Origin: Chiloscyllium plagiosum
Taxonomy: Eukaryota
Assembly: GCF_004010195.1 (NCBI RefSeq)
Contig: NC_057718.1
Span: 2,831,493-2,895,492, forward strand
Direction: 5' to 3'
DNA: 64,000 nucleotides
In this document: positions 1 to 14,324 of the stretch, piece after piece
Position numbering within the stretch: the first letter of the stretch is position 1
Layout of the letters: every line of letters starts with the position of its first letter
Notes under the pieces: model-generated
Seen by the model: only the letters and a program-made list of their open reading frames with translations
What the model was told of the DNA's origin: nothing
The model's database searches: none
Made by a program: the position numbers and the translations under genes

Positions 1-590
1 GTGCAGAGGATGGAATAGATGATGTGTGTGGAGGTGCAGGTGAATCTGTGGCGGATATGGAAGTGTGCTTTGGGGCCTTGGAGGGAGGTGAGGGGGGAGG
101 GGTGGGCGCGAGTCTTGCACCTCCTGCGGTTGCAGGGGAGGGTGCCGGGAGTGGAGGTTGGGTTGGTGGGGGGTGTGGGTCTGACGAGGGAGTCACGGAG
201 GGAGTGGTCTTTACGGGGTGCTGGTAGGGGAGGGGAGGGAAATATATCCTTGGTGGTGGGGTCCGTTTGGAGGTGGCGGAAATGGAGGCGGATGATGCGC
301 TGTACATGGAGGTTAGTTCCTTGGTGGTGGGTCCATTTCCTAACCTGCAATCTTCATCCCGACCTCTCCGCCCCCGCCCCCGCCTGTCCTATCACCCTCA
401 CCTTGACCTCTTTCCACCTATCACATTTCCGACGCCCCTCCCCCAAGTCCCTCCTCCCTATCTTTTATCTTAGCCTGCTGGACCAACTTTCCTCATTCCT
501 GAAGAAGGGCTAATGCCCGAAACGTCGATTCTCCTGTTCCCTAGATGCTGCCTGACCTGCTGCGCTTTTCCAGCAACACATTTCCATCTC
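1..590. mobile_element. Penelope-like element fragment (inverted body plus 3' terminal repeat with hammerhead core)
   Basis: 1-317 is the reverse complement of the element body seen at about 16690-17000. The 3' part carries CTGAAGA-A-GGGC-TAAT-GCCC-GAAAC at 499-523. Confidence 0.75.
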
Positions 591-739
591 TGGATTTTCT
601 CATAATCCAGTGAGTGTTTTTCAGCAGCGGTGCTAATTATTTATTCAGTGCAAGTTTCTCACACTCATTCATTTGAACATTGAGAATTTACACATTTGCT
701 GTAAATTGTGACTGGACAAAACCTTTATGGAAATACACT

Positions 740-1695
740 GGTTCGGTCTTTACAGTGCAAGATACTTTGAACATTCCAATAAAAATAAAGGATATTGGGC
801 AAGGAGTAAGTCCCATCATTGTCACTGAAGCTGTCATGTCAGACAAACAAATCAAGATAAAGTCAGATCAGTCCCCTGGCCCTGATGACTTGCATCCTCG
901 GATTCTGAAAGAGGGAGATACAGAGATGTGTTAGTTGTAATTTTCCAAAAATCCTTGGATTCTGGAGAAGTAACAAAGGATTAAAAAGCTGCTAATGTGA
1001 CATCCATATTCAGAAGGGAGGGAGGAAAAAGCAGATATCTAAAGTACATTTATTGTTGGAAAATAGTTGGAATTTGTAATGGAGGAAGTAACAGCGCAAC
1101 ATTTTAAAAACAAGCAGACTCAACATGGCTTCATGAAAGGGAAATCATGTCTAGCTAATTTATTAGAAGCTTTTTAAGGATATCTTTTCAAAGTGTGCAG
1201 AGGAGAATTGTATTGATAAATTTGGAAATGTTTGCAAACTGCGTGAAAATCTTTGGAGTTGCCTGGATTGGAGATAATTAGCCTATTAGGAGAGGCTGGA
1301 CAAACTTAGATTGTTTCCATTGAAGTGTCACAGGCTGATAGATGACCTGATAGATGTTTATAAATTATGGGAGGCAGGGACAGAGTGGATTGTTGAAATC
1401 TTGTTCCTAGGTTAGAAATGTGAAATCTGAGGGTCATAGTTTAAAAGTGAGAGGGGGTGTGAAGAGGGATATTTTTTACACAGAGGGTGGTGGATGCCTG
1501 GAACAAGCTGCGAGGGAAGATGGTTGATCAGATGCACTAACAACATTTAAAAGGCATTTAGACAGACATATGCACTGGCAGGGAATAGAGGGATACAGAG
1601 CATGTGCAGGCAGATGAGAATGGTTTACAATGGCATCATGGTCAGCACAGACACGGTGGGCCGAAGGCCCTGTTCCTGTGTTGTACTGTTCTTAA
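740..1695 (+). mobile_element. Decayed CR1-type LINE fragments
   Basis: SPGPDDLHPRILKE motif; typical 3' UTR ending gggccgaaggccctgttcctgtg. Confidence 0.7.
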
Positions 1696-2076
1696 TGTTC
1701 ACATGAAATTATTCCTCAGCAACCTGTGGGATTTGATCCCTGACCTTAAAGTCTACAGTTCGGGACACTGCCAGTGTGCCACAGCCCCCTGTTCCTGACA
1801 TTGGTTACACATCTCAAGGGCAGCAACTTCTCTCAAACAAATGGCTCAAACCATTTGTCATTTCCGTTGCTGTTCATTCCAACATTCGTTCTGAACACAT
1901 GAATACACAGTGGGTTAGGGTGATTTGGGGGAGGTGAAAACTTTGTCACAAATCCATTTGGGAATTTTGAAAAAAACTCTTTCCCAAGAGAGACTGTGAA
2001 AAAGTGGGACTCACTATCCCAGGGAATGATTGAAGTGAATAGCACAGGTTAACTTCAGGGAAAATTGGGAAAGTAA

Positions 2077-4660
2077 ATAGAACATAGAACATAGAACAGT
2101 ACAGCACAGAACAGACCCTTCAGCCCACGATGTTGTGCCGACCACTGATCCTCATGTATGCACCCTCAAATTTCTGTGACCATATGCATGTCCAGTAGTC
2201 TCTTAAATGTCTCCAATGACCTTGCTTCCACAGCTGCTGCTGGCAATGCATTCCATGCTCTCACAACTCTCTGTGTAAAGAACCCTCTATACTTTCCTCC
2301 AACCAGCTTAAAACTGACTCCGCGTGTTAGTCATTTCTGCCCTGGGAAATAGTCTCTGGCAATCGACTCTATCTATGACCCTCATTATCTTGTATACCTC
2401 AATTAGATCCCCTCTCCTCCTCCTTTTCTCCAATGAAAAAGGTCCGAGCTCAGTCAACCTCTCTTCATAAGATAAGCCCTCCAGTCCAGACAGCATCCTG
2501 ATAAACCTCCTCTGAACCCTCTCCAAAGAATCCACATCTTTCCTATAATAGGGCGACCAGAACTGGACGCAGTATTCCAAGTGCGGTCTAACCAAAGTTT
2601 TATAGAGCTGCAACAAGATCTCACGACTCTTAAATTCAATCCCCCTGTTAATGAAAGCCATTACCTGCACACCAAGATCCCTCTGATCCTCCACACTGCC
2701 AAGAATCCCATCCTTAATCCTGTCACCTCGCATTTATCCAGGTTGAACTCCATCTGCCACCTCTCAGCCCATCTCTGCATCCTGTCAATGTCCTGCTGCA
2801 GCCTACAACAGCCCTCTATACTGTCAACGACACCTCCAACCTTTGTGTCATCTGCAAACTTGCTGACCCATCCTTCAATCCCCTCATCCAAGTCATTAAT
2901 AAAAATTACAAACAGTAGAGGCCCAAGAATAGAGCCCTGTGGAACAACACTCACCACAGACTTCCAGGCAGAATATTTTCCTTCTATTACCACTCGCTGT
3001 CTTCTGTTGGCCAGCCAATTCTGTATCCAGACAGCTAAGTTCCCCTGTATCCCATTCCTCCTGACCTTCTGAATGAGCCTACCATGGGGAACCTTATCAA
3101 ATGCCTTGCTGAAGTCCATAGACACCACATCCACAGCTCAACCCGCATCAACTTTTCTAGTCACATCCTCAAAGAACATGATAAGGTTTGTGAGGCATGA
3201 GCTGCCTCTCTCAAAGCCGTGTTGACTGCATTTAATCAAGCCATACTCTTCCAGATGGTCATAAATCCTATCCCTCAGAATCCTTTCTAACACCTTGCAG
3301 ACGAAGACGTGAGACTGACTGGTCTGTAATTGCCGGGGATTTCCCTATTTCCCTATTTCCAGTCCTCAGATACGACTCCAGTGGAGAGNNNNNNNNNNNN
3401 NNNNNNNNNNNNNNNNNNNNNNNNNNNNNNNNNNNNNNNNNNNNNNNNNNNNNNNNNNNNNNNNNNNNNNNNNNNNNNAAGTGTAAAATGCCTTTGTGTT
3501 CTCCCTAATCCGTTCTGCCAAGCCTTTCTTGTGCCCCCTCCTGGCTCTCCTCAGATCATTTTTGAGCTCCTTCCTCGCCTGTCATATTTATTCATCACTT
3601 GCAACAACTGTTCCTTAAACAGTCTCCACATGTCTATAGTGCCTTTACCATGGAACAATTGCTCCCAATCCATGCTTCCTAACTCATGTCTAATTGCATC
3701 ATAGTTTCCTCTTCCCCAATTAAATATCCTCCCATTTTGCCTAATCCTCTCCTTCTCTATAGCTATGTAGAATGTGAGGCAGTTGTGGTCACTATCACCA
3801 AAATGCTCTCCCACCACAAGATCTGATACCTGCCCTGGCTCATTTCCGAGCATCAAGTCTAGAATGGCCTCTCCCCTCGTCGGCCTGTCAACGTACTGAG
3901 TTAGGAAACCCTCCTGAACTCACCTTACAAAAACAGCTCCATTCAAGTCTTCTGCTAGAAGGAGGTTCAATCAATATTGGGAAAGTGAAAGTCACCCATT
4001 ACAACAACCCTACTATGTCCACACTTTTCCAAAATCTGCCGACCTCTGCTTTCTTCCATCCCCCTGCTGCTATTGAGGGTCCTGTAGTAAACCCCTAACG
4101 AGGTGACTGCTCCCTTGCTGTTCCTAATTTCCACCCATACTGACTCGGTAGGCAGACCCTCCTCGACAATGGAAGCTTCTGTAGCTGTGATACTCTCTCT
4201 GATTAGTAGTGCTACACCCCCTCCTCTTTTTCCCCCTCTTTATTCTTTTTAAATGCTCTAAACCCTGGAACATCCAGCAGCCATTCCTGCCCCTGAGAAA
4301 CCCATGTCTCTGTTATGGCCACAACATCATAGCACCAGGTACTGATCCATGTTCCAAGTTAATCACTTTTATTTCTGATACTCCTTGCGTTAAAGCAAAC
4401 GCACTTTAACTGATCCCTTGGTTCCTTCCCGGGAAAGTCCTTCCCACTAGCTGGTCTACCTCTTGCTATTGCCTCATCTGCATCAACTCTCACATCTGGT
4501 ATACAGCTCAGGTTCCCACCCCCCCTGCCATACTAGTTTAAACCCTCTCAAACTACTCAAGCAAACCTTCCACCCAGGACATTGGTCCCCTTCCAGTTCA
4601 GCTGCAACCCATCCTTCTTGTACAGGTCCCACCTTCCCCAGAAGGTATCCCAATTATCCC
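2077..4660 (-). mobile_element. CR1-type (HER1-like) LINE, decayed, with endonuclease and RT regions
   Basis: [36 protein letters not shown] and GDSDH motifs; (ATAGAAC)n tail at 2077-2098; gap 3389-3478. Confidence 0.9.
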
Positions 4661-5044
4661 CAATAAATGAAGGGGAAGAGTGAATAGTTATGCTGCTGAT
4701 AGTTATATTGCAGAAGGATGTCACATCGTCACGTCAGCATTGACTGATTGGGCTGAATGGCCTGTGGCTTGGCCTCACCATTGCTATCATTTAATGAGCT
4801 CATGCACACATAGTGCTCACTTGGAAAGAGCTTCTTTATTGTTATATTCCAAGCCCCCTTGTAATGAAAACCTCTCTCAGAAGGACATCATTGCAGCTGA
4901 TAACCTTCTGTTGTATGGTTCAGCAGGCCAGGGCAGGGCAGAGGACATGGGTTTATTCATTGCATCAGAAATACTTGCGTCTGAGAAGACAATCTTTTGA
5001 TCAGTCTGTTTACACTGTGGAACAGTTTGGTAGAATCATTGATG

Positions 5045-5920
5045 GGACAGTCTGCACCTGAACCAGAATGGGACCAACACCCCTGTGTGGGTGGGTTTGC
5101 TTGTGCTTTTGGGAGGAATTTAAGGTAGTTCTCCAGAGGGAGGGGAAATAGTGTGTTAGTATGTAGGGACACAGCCTACTTTAGTGAAGGAACCAAGGCA
5201 GATCAAGTTCAGCCATGTTGACTTTCAAGGGAGGAAGGCAGGCTGGGTGGCCTGTACATTTATACTCAGAATAAAATGGGTCAGAGAGATTGGTTAAGGG
5301 CATGGATTGACACCTGGAATTGAATGTTGTTGCAATCACAGGGACATGTTTGAAAGAAGGACAGGACTGGCAACGCAACATTCTGGGGCATAGGATCTTT
5401 AGACAGGAAAGTGGAAGGTGCCGAAGAAAAGGTGGTATTGTGTTATTTATGAAAGGAATTTGGTACTGCAGGAAGGAAGGACAATATCTCAGAAGGGTTT
5501 TCAAATGAGGCTTTGTGGGTAGAGATTAGGAGTCACACACTGGGAGTGTATTGTCAATTCACAATAGTCAGCGGGCAATAGAAGAGCTGATATGTACACA
5601 ATTCACTGAGGTGTTTAACAAATGGATAATTATATCGGGGAATTTCAACTTCTTCAGCATTCATTAGAATAACAATAGTATAAAAGTTTTAGAGGAGCAG
5701 ATTCCTTTAAATGCATACAGGAAAGTTTTTTGCATTGATGTTTAGTTTGTCCAACGTGGGAAAGTGCAGTGCTGGACCTAAGTTGGTGGATCAAAGCTGG
5801 ACAGATGCTTGAGGTGACAGTGGGGGAGCATTTTCATGACAGGAACCACAGCACCAAATGGTTTCAGTTTGTTCTGGGAAAGGAAGAAGATGGTCTACAA
5901 AAACAGGTTCTGGATTGAGA
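5045..5920 (+). mobile_element. CR1-type LINE fragment: end of ORF1 esterase and start of endonuclease
   Basis: DSLHLNQNGT (esterase-like) and VVAITGTCL...RRKGGIVLF (APE endonuclease-like). Confidence 0.6.
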
Positions 5921-7164
5921 TGTTACCCGTGTTTTGACCCACTCCTGTTTAAAAACATTTTACCCAAATGGTCTTGCTGGTGCGGTGGACAAGGGCGGTG
6001 GGGGCAGAAATCAGTTTGTGGTTCAACTCAATTTCATTCACAAAATACTCCTTATTAAAAACACCATGTGACCGTTTCCAAATATTTGTTTAACTCTATC
6101 CATCTGAGAAATGATATTACACACAATGGTCCTTGTGTTTGATCTTGGCCGTTGGAATCTCCTTTCTCTCTGATGCATTGCTGGCTCTCTTCCACAAAGC
6201 TGGTCTCACAGGTCAGGGCAGATCTTCTCCTGGGTCTTCTTGGGTTGCCTCACCATCTTCTGTCATGAGTCTTGCTGTGTGTCTTCCCTGCAAGCCTTCA
6301 CTGAGTCTTCACTGAATCATCACTGAGGTTTCTCTGTGTCCTCATGAGATGGTTGGGTCATGGTGTGTATTTTGATCCCCCTTTTGCCCCGGACCTGCCA
6401 AACTTTTCAGTGGCCTTTCACCATTGCGATCATAAACTGGGTTTAAGTCATCCAATGGAGTTGTGTCAACACCCTTCACTGTTACCGTGCTGGGAGGTGT
6501 AATGTGCACACAGTCAAGCAGTCCACACTTTCTCCACACACTCAGGCAGTCAAGTTGCCAGAGAGTATGATCGATGCTTCTTCAATACACAGCTCTTGAT
6601 CTGGTTATAACTGGTTCCTCTTGTGACTGGCTGACCTTGGCTTCTGCGATTTTCTGAAGCCGACACTATTGGCTGCTCTGTAATTTAGTTGGCCACTTTT
6701 CTGTCAGGACTGATTTCTCCAACTGTGAGTCAATTCAGAATATCCAATTTTGGGATCATGGTTGCTTGACCACAGGGTTATGCCAGATTTTTTTGAAAAA
6801 GAAAATAGAGCAGAATCTGGCCAAAGTAAACTGGGAACAGCTGCTGAGGGTGAGTCTGCAGCAGAACTGTTGGAACTGTTCAAAATAAGATAAAGGTGTG
6901 AGTCAAGGTCCAACATCAGCTGGGATCAGAACAATCAACAGGAGCTGAAATTAAAATGATGGCAAACTGAACCACGGCTGATCTTAAAGTATCTTAAAGT
7001 CATTAAAATAAAAGTTTAAATTGTGCTCTCGCATAACTCATTAAGATGCGATCAAATATCCGGGAAATTTCAAACTCTCAGCTCTCGAGTCTTCAGTAAT
7101 CATTTCCCACAATGTTCTGCAGATCCTGTTCTGCTCAATGACACTCCCATCTCTACCTTGAATA

Positions 7165-9880
7165 GAGCATAGAACAATACAGCACAGTATAGGCTCTTTC
7201 ACCCTCAATGTTGCACCAACCTGAGAAACTCATCAAAAGCCCATCTTTTAGATTTTTTAAGCTTCCTTACAGCGTGGAAACAGGCCCTTTGGCCCAACTA
7301 GTCCACACCGATCTTCCGAAGAGTAATCCATCCAGACCCATTTCTCTCTGACTAATGCACCTAACAATGTGGGCAATTTAGAATGGCCAATTCACCCGAA
7401 CTGTACATGTTTGGACTGTGGGAGGAAACCCATGCAGACACAGGGAGAATATGCAAACTCCATACAGACAGTCGCCCAAGGCTGGAATCGAACCTCGGTC
7501 CCTGCCGCAGTGAGCCAGCAGTGCTAAACATTGAGCCGCCATGCCGCCCCTAACCTACACTATTCCATTATCATCCATATATTTAACCACTGACCATTTA
7601 ATTGCCCTTACAGTTGACGAGTCTCCTACTATTGAAGCAGGTCATTCTACACCCTTACTACTCTCTGAGTGAAAAAAAAACCTCTGACATCTGTCCAATA
7701 TATAACACCTCTCAGTTTGAAGCTATTCCTCATGTTCTAGTTGTCATAATCTGAGGTAAAAGGCTCTCTCTGTCTGCTCTATTTCATCCTCTGATCATCA
7801 TATACGCCTCTGTCAAGTCATCTCTGAACTTACTTCTCTCGAACGAGAACATCTTCAAGTGCCTCAACCTTTCCTCATATGACCTACTCTCCCTACCAGG
7901 CAACATCCTGATAAATCTCCTCTGAACTCTTTCCAACGCTTCCACATCTTTCCTAAAATGCTGTGGCCAGACCTACACGGAATACTCCAAGTGAGGCCGC
8001 ACCAGAGTTTTGTGCAGCAGCAACATGACCTAATGGCTCTGAAACACATTGCCTCTTCAAATAAAACTAACACACTGTACACCTTCTTAACAACCCTATC
8101 AACCTGGTTGGCAACTTTCAGGGACCTATGCAGATGGACACTGACATCTTTCTGGGTAAAAACAAGGACGGCAGATGCTGGAAACCAGAGTCTAGATTAG
8201 AATGGCACTGGAAAAGCAAAAATGATGAAGGGCTTTTGCCTGAAACGTCGATTTTCCTGCTCCTTGGATGCTGCCTGACCTGCTGCGCTTTTTCAGCACT
8301 ACTCTAATCTCGAGACTGAGAGCTTTCTGCTCATCAACACTGTCAAGAATCTTACCATTATCCCAGTACTCTGTATTCCTGTTACTGCTTCCAAAGTGAA
8401 TCACCTCACACTTGTCCACATTAAACTCCATTTACCATCTCTCATACCAGCTCTGAAGCTTATCTATATCCCTCTGTAACCTACAACATCCTTCCGCACT
8501 GTCCACAACTCCACCGACTTTCATGTCATTTGCAAAGTTACTCCTTTCTTTCTATGCCCTCGTCCAGGTGATTTATAAAAATGGCAACCTGCAGTGGCCC
8601 CAAAACAGATCCTTGCAGTACTCCACTAGTACCTGAACTCCAGGATGAACATTTCCCATCAATGACTACCCTCTTTCTTTTCTCAGAACGCCATTTTCTG
8701 ATCCAAACCACAAAATCATCCTTAATCGCTCCCTTTCTTGAACAAGAGGACAACATTTGCTATCCTCCAGTCTTCTGACACTATTCCTATCAACAATGAT
8801 GACATAAATGCATAGATCCCTGAAAGTTGCCAAGCAGGTTGATAGGGTTGTTAAGAAGGTTACGGTGCGTTACTTTTATTTGAAGAGGCAATGAGTTTTG
8901 GAGCCATTAGGTCTCTTTACGCAGAGAGTGGTAAGGGCGTGGAATGCCCTACCTGCTAAGGTAGTCAACTCAGCCACATTAGGGAGATTTAAACAATCCT
9001 TAGATAAGCACATGGATGATTTTGGGATAGTGTAGGGGGACGAGCTGAGAATAGTTCACAGGTCAGCGCAACATCGAGGGCTGAAGGGCCTGTTCTGCGC
9101 TGTATTGTTCTATGTTCTATGTTCTAAACATCACTGCCAAAGGCTCTGCAATCTCCTCCCTGGCTCCCTGGAGAATCCTAAGGTAAATCACATCTAGCCC
9201 AGGGGCCTTATCTATTCTCACACTTTCTAGAATTGCTAACACCTCCTCCTTGTGAACCTCAATCCCATCTAGTCTAGTAGCCTGTATCTCAGTATTCTCC
9301 TTGACAGCATTGTTTTTTTCCTATGTGATTACTGATGAAAAATATTCATTCAGAACCTTTCCTATCTCTTCAGACTCCCTGCAGAACTTCCCACTACTCT
9401 CCTTGACAGGGTCCAAATCTTACTCTAGTCATTCGTTTATTCCTGACATAGCTATATAAAGCTTTAGTGTTTTCCTTGATGCAACCTGCCAAAGCCTTCT
9501 CATGTCCTCTCGTGGCTCTTCTTAGCTCTCTGTTTCAGTCCTTCCTGGCTAACTTGTAACACTCAAGTGCCCTAACTGAGCCTTCATCTCTCATCTTTAC
9601 ATAAGTCTCTTTCTTTCTCTTGATAAGAGATTCAACTTCTTTATTAAACCACAGTTACCTTGCTCGACCACTTCCTCCCTGCCTGACAGGTACATACTTA
9701 TCAAGGACACACAGTAGCTGTTCCTTGAACAAGCTCCACATTTCAATGCTACCCATTCCCTGCAGTTTCCTTTCCCATCCTATGCAACCAAAATCTGCCT
9801 TATCACATCATATTTGCCATTCCCCCAGCTTTAACTCTATAACTTTTGCACTGCGATATGTACCTGTGGTCACTATCACC
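7165..9880 (-). mobile_element. Nested CR1-type LINE fragments, mostly minus strand, with a plus-strand 3' end at about 8810-9126
   Basis: EFNVDKCEVIHFG and GVLQGSVLGP motifs; (TGTTCTA)n tail near 9106-9126. Confidence 0.8.
7248..7550 (-). mobile_element. HE1-type tRNA-derived SINE
   Basis: Reverse complement shows A box GGCTCAATGT, B box GGTTCGATTCC, a V-SINE-like core and the LINE-derived tail. Confidence 0.8.
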
Positions 9881-10919
9881 AAAGAGACAAAGACAAAGGA
9901 GCATAAGAATAGGAGTAGACCAGTAAGCCCAATAATTCAATCATGATTGCTCATTTTCCTCAATGCCACTTTCCTTTATTATCTCCCATCTACCCTGATT
10001 CATTGGTCTCCAGAAATCTCTCAGCTCCTCTCTTGAACATACTCAATGATTGAGGTCCTCTATCCCTCTGGAGTAGGAAATTCTACAGATTCCCCACCTT
10101 CTGGGTGGAAAAGTTCCTCCTCATCCCAGTTTCCATTGTAAGACTCCTTTTCCTGTGATAATGCCCCATGATCTTGACTCACCAGCCAAAGGAAACATTG
10201 CTACCAACATCCACAGTCGTGCCCCTCGAAACGTATTGAAAGTTTCAATTCAATCACTTCTGATTTTTCAAACAGAGATCATACAGGCCAGTTTCTTCAG
10301 TCTCTCCCATCCATCAAATCCACTATCCCAGGGATTAGTCTGCTGACTCTCCATATAACTCCCTCGATGATAAGTCTGTGCTTCCTTACATTTGGGGACA
10401 AAGTGTCCATAATCCAGGTGTGCTCTCCCCATTACTTTGTCCAACTGCAGCAAGACATCGTCACTCCTGGACTTAGCCCTTTGGTAATGAAGACCAGCAT
10501 TTGCCTTCCTTATTGACTGGTGCAGCCTCATGCTGACTTTTAATGAGTCCCTTTGGACACCAACAATTCCTAAACTCTCACTATTTAAATATATTCTGCC
10601 TTCTTGTTTCCTTAGGTAAAGTAACTATTTTCACAATTATTCACATTACATTTCATCTGCCTTGTCCTTTCCCATTCACTGAGCCTGGCTACTTGATGCC
10701 TCCTTGCATATTCCTCACATCTTCCAATCTTACCTACTTTTTATACCATCAGAAAGTTTGGAACCATTTCAATTGGGCCCCACTTCCAAACCATTTCTCC
10801 AGCTGTTGAACACTGTGGACCTTGCACTGAGCCATGCAGTACATCACATAGAAGAGTCTGTCTTCATGTGAGACACTCTTTTACTCCTACTGTTTGTTTT
10901 CATTCACCTTTCTTAATTT

Positions 10920-11580
10920 TTAAAATTCTTTTGTGGGGTTTGGGCATTGCTGACTGGGCCAGCATTGATAGCCCATTCCTAGTTGCCCCTTAAGAAGATG
11001 GTGGTGAGCTGCCTTCTTAAATTGCTGCAGCCCACTTGCTGTGGATTGACCCACAATGCCAGTAGGGAAGGAATTCCAGGATTTTGACCCAACGACTGTG
11101 AAGGAATGGCAATATATTTCCACATCAGGGTGGTGAGTGGCTTGGAGGGGAACTTGCAGGTGGTGGTGTTCCCAAGTACCTGCTGCCCTTGTCCTTCTGG
11201 GTGGAAGTAGTTGCGGGTTTGGAAGATGCTGTTTAAGGATCTTTGGTGAATTTCTGCTGTGCATCTTGTAGATATTACACATTGCTGCTACTGAGTGGTG
11301 GTGGTGGAGGGATTGAATATTTGTAGATATGGTGCCAATCAAGCTGGTTGCTTTGTCCTGGATGGTGCGAAGCTTCTTGAGTATTGTTGGAGCTGCATCC
11401 ATCCAGGCAAGTGGGGAGTGTTCCATCACACTCCTGACTTGTGCCTTGTAGATGGTGAACAGGCTTTCGGCTCTCAGGAGGTGAGTTATTCACTGTGGTA
11501 TCCACAGTCTGTGACCTGCTTTTTATTCATTGTGTTTATGGAGTGAGTCTAGTTGAGTTTCTGGTCAATGATAATGCAAA
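10920..11580 (-). mobile_element. 3' end of a second LINE family (Jockey/CR1 group)
   Basis: MEHSPLAWMDAAPT...IQDKA...SLHH peptide; related copies at about 38540-38990, 50920-51160 and 61380-62350. Confidence 0.7.
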
Positions 11581-12955
11581 GGATGTTCCCATTAAACTTT
11601 ATCTGTCATGCATTTGCCTACTCACTCAGACTGTCCAAATCACACTGCAGCGTCTATATGTTTTCCTCACAGCTCGCCCTCCCATCAGCTTTCTGTCACC
11701 TGCAAACTTAGAGATTTTAAATTCAGTTCACTTTTCTAAATCATAAATTGATATTGTGAATAGAACAACATCCAGAACAAAGCAACCTGCTTGATTGGCA
11801 TTATATCTACAAATATTCAATCCCTCCACCACCACCACTCAGCAGCAGCAGCAATATGTACTATCTAAAAGATGCATTGCAGAAATTCACCAAAGATCCC
11901 TGTGGCACCCCACTAATCACTGTCTGTCCCTGAGAAAATGACCCATTTATCATGAATGTTTGCTCCTTGTTTGCCAATCAGTTCTCAATCCATTTCATTG
12001 CACTATTCCAATCTCAATTGGCTTTAATTTTTCATGTTAATCACTTCTGTGATTCCTTATCAAAAGTCTTCTCAATGTAACTTAGTGTTCACAGCAAAAA
12101 AACAAATGTGAATTGAAGTGATGAGAAGGCAAGCAATTCATTGAAGTCCTGGTCTACATTGATGCGACTGAACTGTGTTTCCTGATTTTTTCAAATCTTT
12201 TTCTTCCCTTAACAGCCATGTCTGGTCTGTCTTGTGTGATTGCCTTCATGTGGGAGAGCAGAAATTCAGAAATGGTAAAACTAGTTATAAATTGTTTCCA
12301 TTTTGCATTGATGAAAACAAACAGTTTGCAATCAGTTTATGTTTATCTTGCTCAGTTCAGTAACCTGGTTTGTGTTTACACTTACCCTGAGTTTCATGGT
12401 CAGGCTAATTGGGGACTTTGGAATGTTTGACTAAATCTTTCCCCATTGCAACAATTCGTGGAATAGCGGACTTGATTTCCCGAGAGTCATGACAATGTGG
12501 AATTTTAAATTACGCATGTTGTCATTACACCTTTCATGTGTTTGGAATAATCTGGGGTGAGGATCCATTGTCATGATAATTGTTGCAGAGATTGTAACCA
12601 CCACTGTATAATTCTCAGGGCAGATTCACTGACAACAAATCATAAACAACAAATATTATCAGATTCACTTCATGGAAACCTATTCAGTAATGTCTGTTCA
12701 CCAAAGGGTTAAGAGAAAATTAGAAAAAAAGCATTGAAAGCCAAGAAATGGAATAAGGAATGTGTTCAAACTGCTGTCCCCCATCTCATGCTAGAGAACC
12801 ATGTTGAACTTTCTTTTTACTGGCAGCTTAATTTCTTTAACTTCTGAGAATGAATGATTAAAAAAGCTGCAATTGGCTCAGACACTTTGAGTTTTGAATT
12901 ATTAACTGGACATACAATAAATTGTGTGGAGAAACAGGGTTGCCAGTCTGTTGAG

Positions 12956-13007
12956 ATGATCAGTGGAACTCTACTTGCTGTGATCCTGTCCCTCTGTGTT
13001 ACTTTTG
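12956..13007 (+). CDS. Leader (signal peptide) exon L1 of a germline-joined V-domain IgSF gene: MISGTLLAVILSLCVTF(G)
   Basis: ATG at 12956, 17 mostly hydrophobic codons plus 1 nt, then a consensus donor G|GTAAGT (phase 1). The phase matches the downstream V exons, and a paralogue lies at 43144. Confidence 0.88.
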
Positions 13008-14324
13008 GTAAGTGTTTGCTTTGGAGAAATTTAACTTGCTATAAAAGACCTCTCTATGGTTTCTGCTGCTGTGGAATTTGTGTGAATTCTTTAAGTTTGA
13101 ACGTTGAGAACTGGAAGGGAGAGTCACAAGGAAAATTTGTCACTGTCTGGGGATTGTTCGGTGCAGCTGACACAGAGCTTTCCACAGGCTGGGAACACAG
13201 ACCAGAAAATGGAGCGTTCCTTCCATCTTTTTCTGTTATTTATTTACTGGGAGAATGGGATTGAGGGACAGGCTGCTCCATTAAGGTGTGGAATTGGAGT
13301 GGATTAGATTAGTTTGTATGTTCACTGGGTCTCGTTAGGGTGGATTGAAAGACAACCTCCTGTTTTATAAAGTTGGTGAATTTACAGCTTTGTGATTCAG
13401 AATGAATTTCACCAATGGACCGATGCTGACACTCACATTAATTCTCTATTCTCAAGCTGCACCCTCACACTCACTGAGAGTTTAGACTCCCCCTGTGCTT
13501 CCACCATTTCCCAGCTGTTAAATGGACTGTGGAACAAATTGGGGATTTCATCATCTACAGAACGAAGAGAGGGAAACTGCAGGAAATGTGATTAATAAAT
13601 TTGGCTGAGATATGGTTGCCTTTTTTGAACAACAGCTGCAAACTGAGCCCAGTAAATGGAAAAAAAGAAGCAACATTTGCTGCACAGAGTGGAATCTCAC
13701 TGTTCCCAAAATCACAGGAATGTTCTGACGAAGGAGGAAGCCATTGGGCCCATTGTATCTGCACCAGCTCTCTGACCACTTTAACTTAGTGCCAATGCTT
13801 GCCTTTTCCCCACCATCCTGCACATTGTTTATATTTAATCAAACATCCATTAGCCTGTTAAATGCCAAAACTGGACCTTAAGGCCAGAGGATATAAGAGC
13901 ACAATTAGGCCATTCAGCTCATTGTGTTGTTTCTGCCATTCAGTGAGATCGTGGCTGCCCTGATAGTCCCCATCTCTACTTTCCTGCCTTTTCCCCATAA
14001 CCCTGGATTCCATTTCTGATTAAAAATCTGTTGCTACCCGACTCTAAGTTACTTCAGGACTCAGTCTCAACAGCCCTCTGTGGTAAAGAATTCCTCAGAT
14101 TCACTTCCTCTGAGAGATGGAATGCCTCCTCATCTCCATCTTAAATTGCAGACCCATTCCTATGAGCTTTAGCCCTCTGACCCCAGACACCCCCACAAAG
14201 GGAAACAATCTCCTTTCCATATTCACCCTGTCAAGGTCCAAAGAAACTGAGATGTTTCAAAAATTCTTTTCATTCCAAACTCCAATCAGGGCAAGCCCCT
14301 CCCCTGGGATGGAGAAAAGGATTC

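Noticed and set aside
4850-5030. Possible further V relic (VW-FQQARAGQRTWVY)
   Set aside because: Needs a frameshift and has no recognisable cysteines or YYC; it abuts a LINE fragment.
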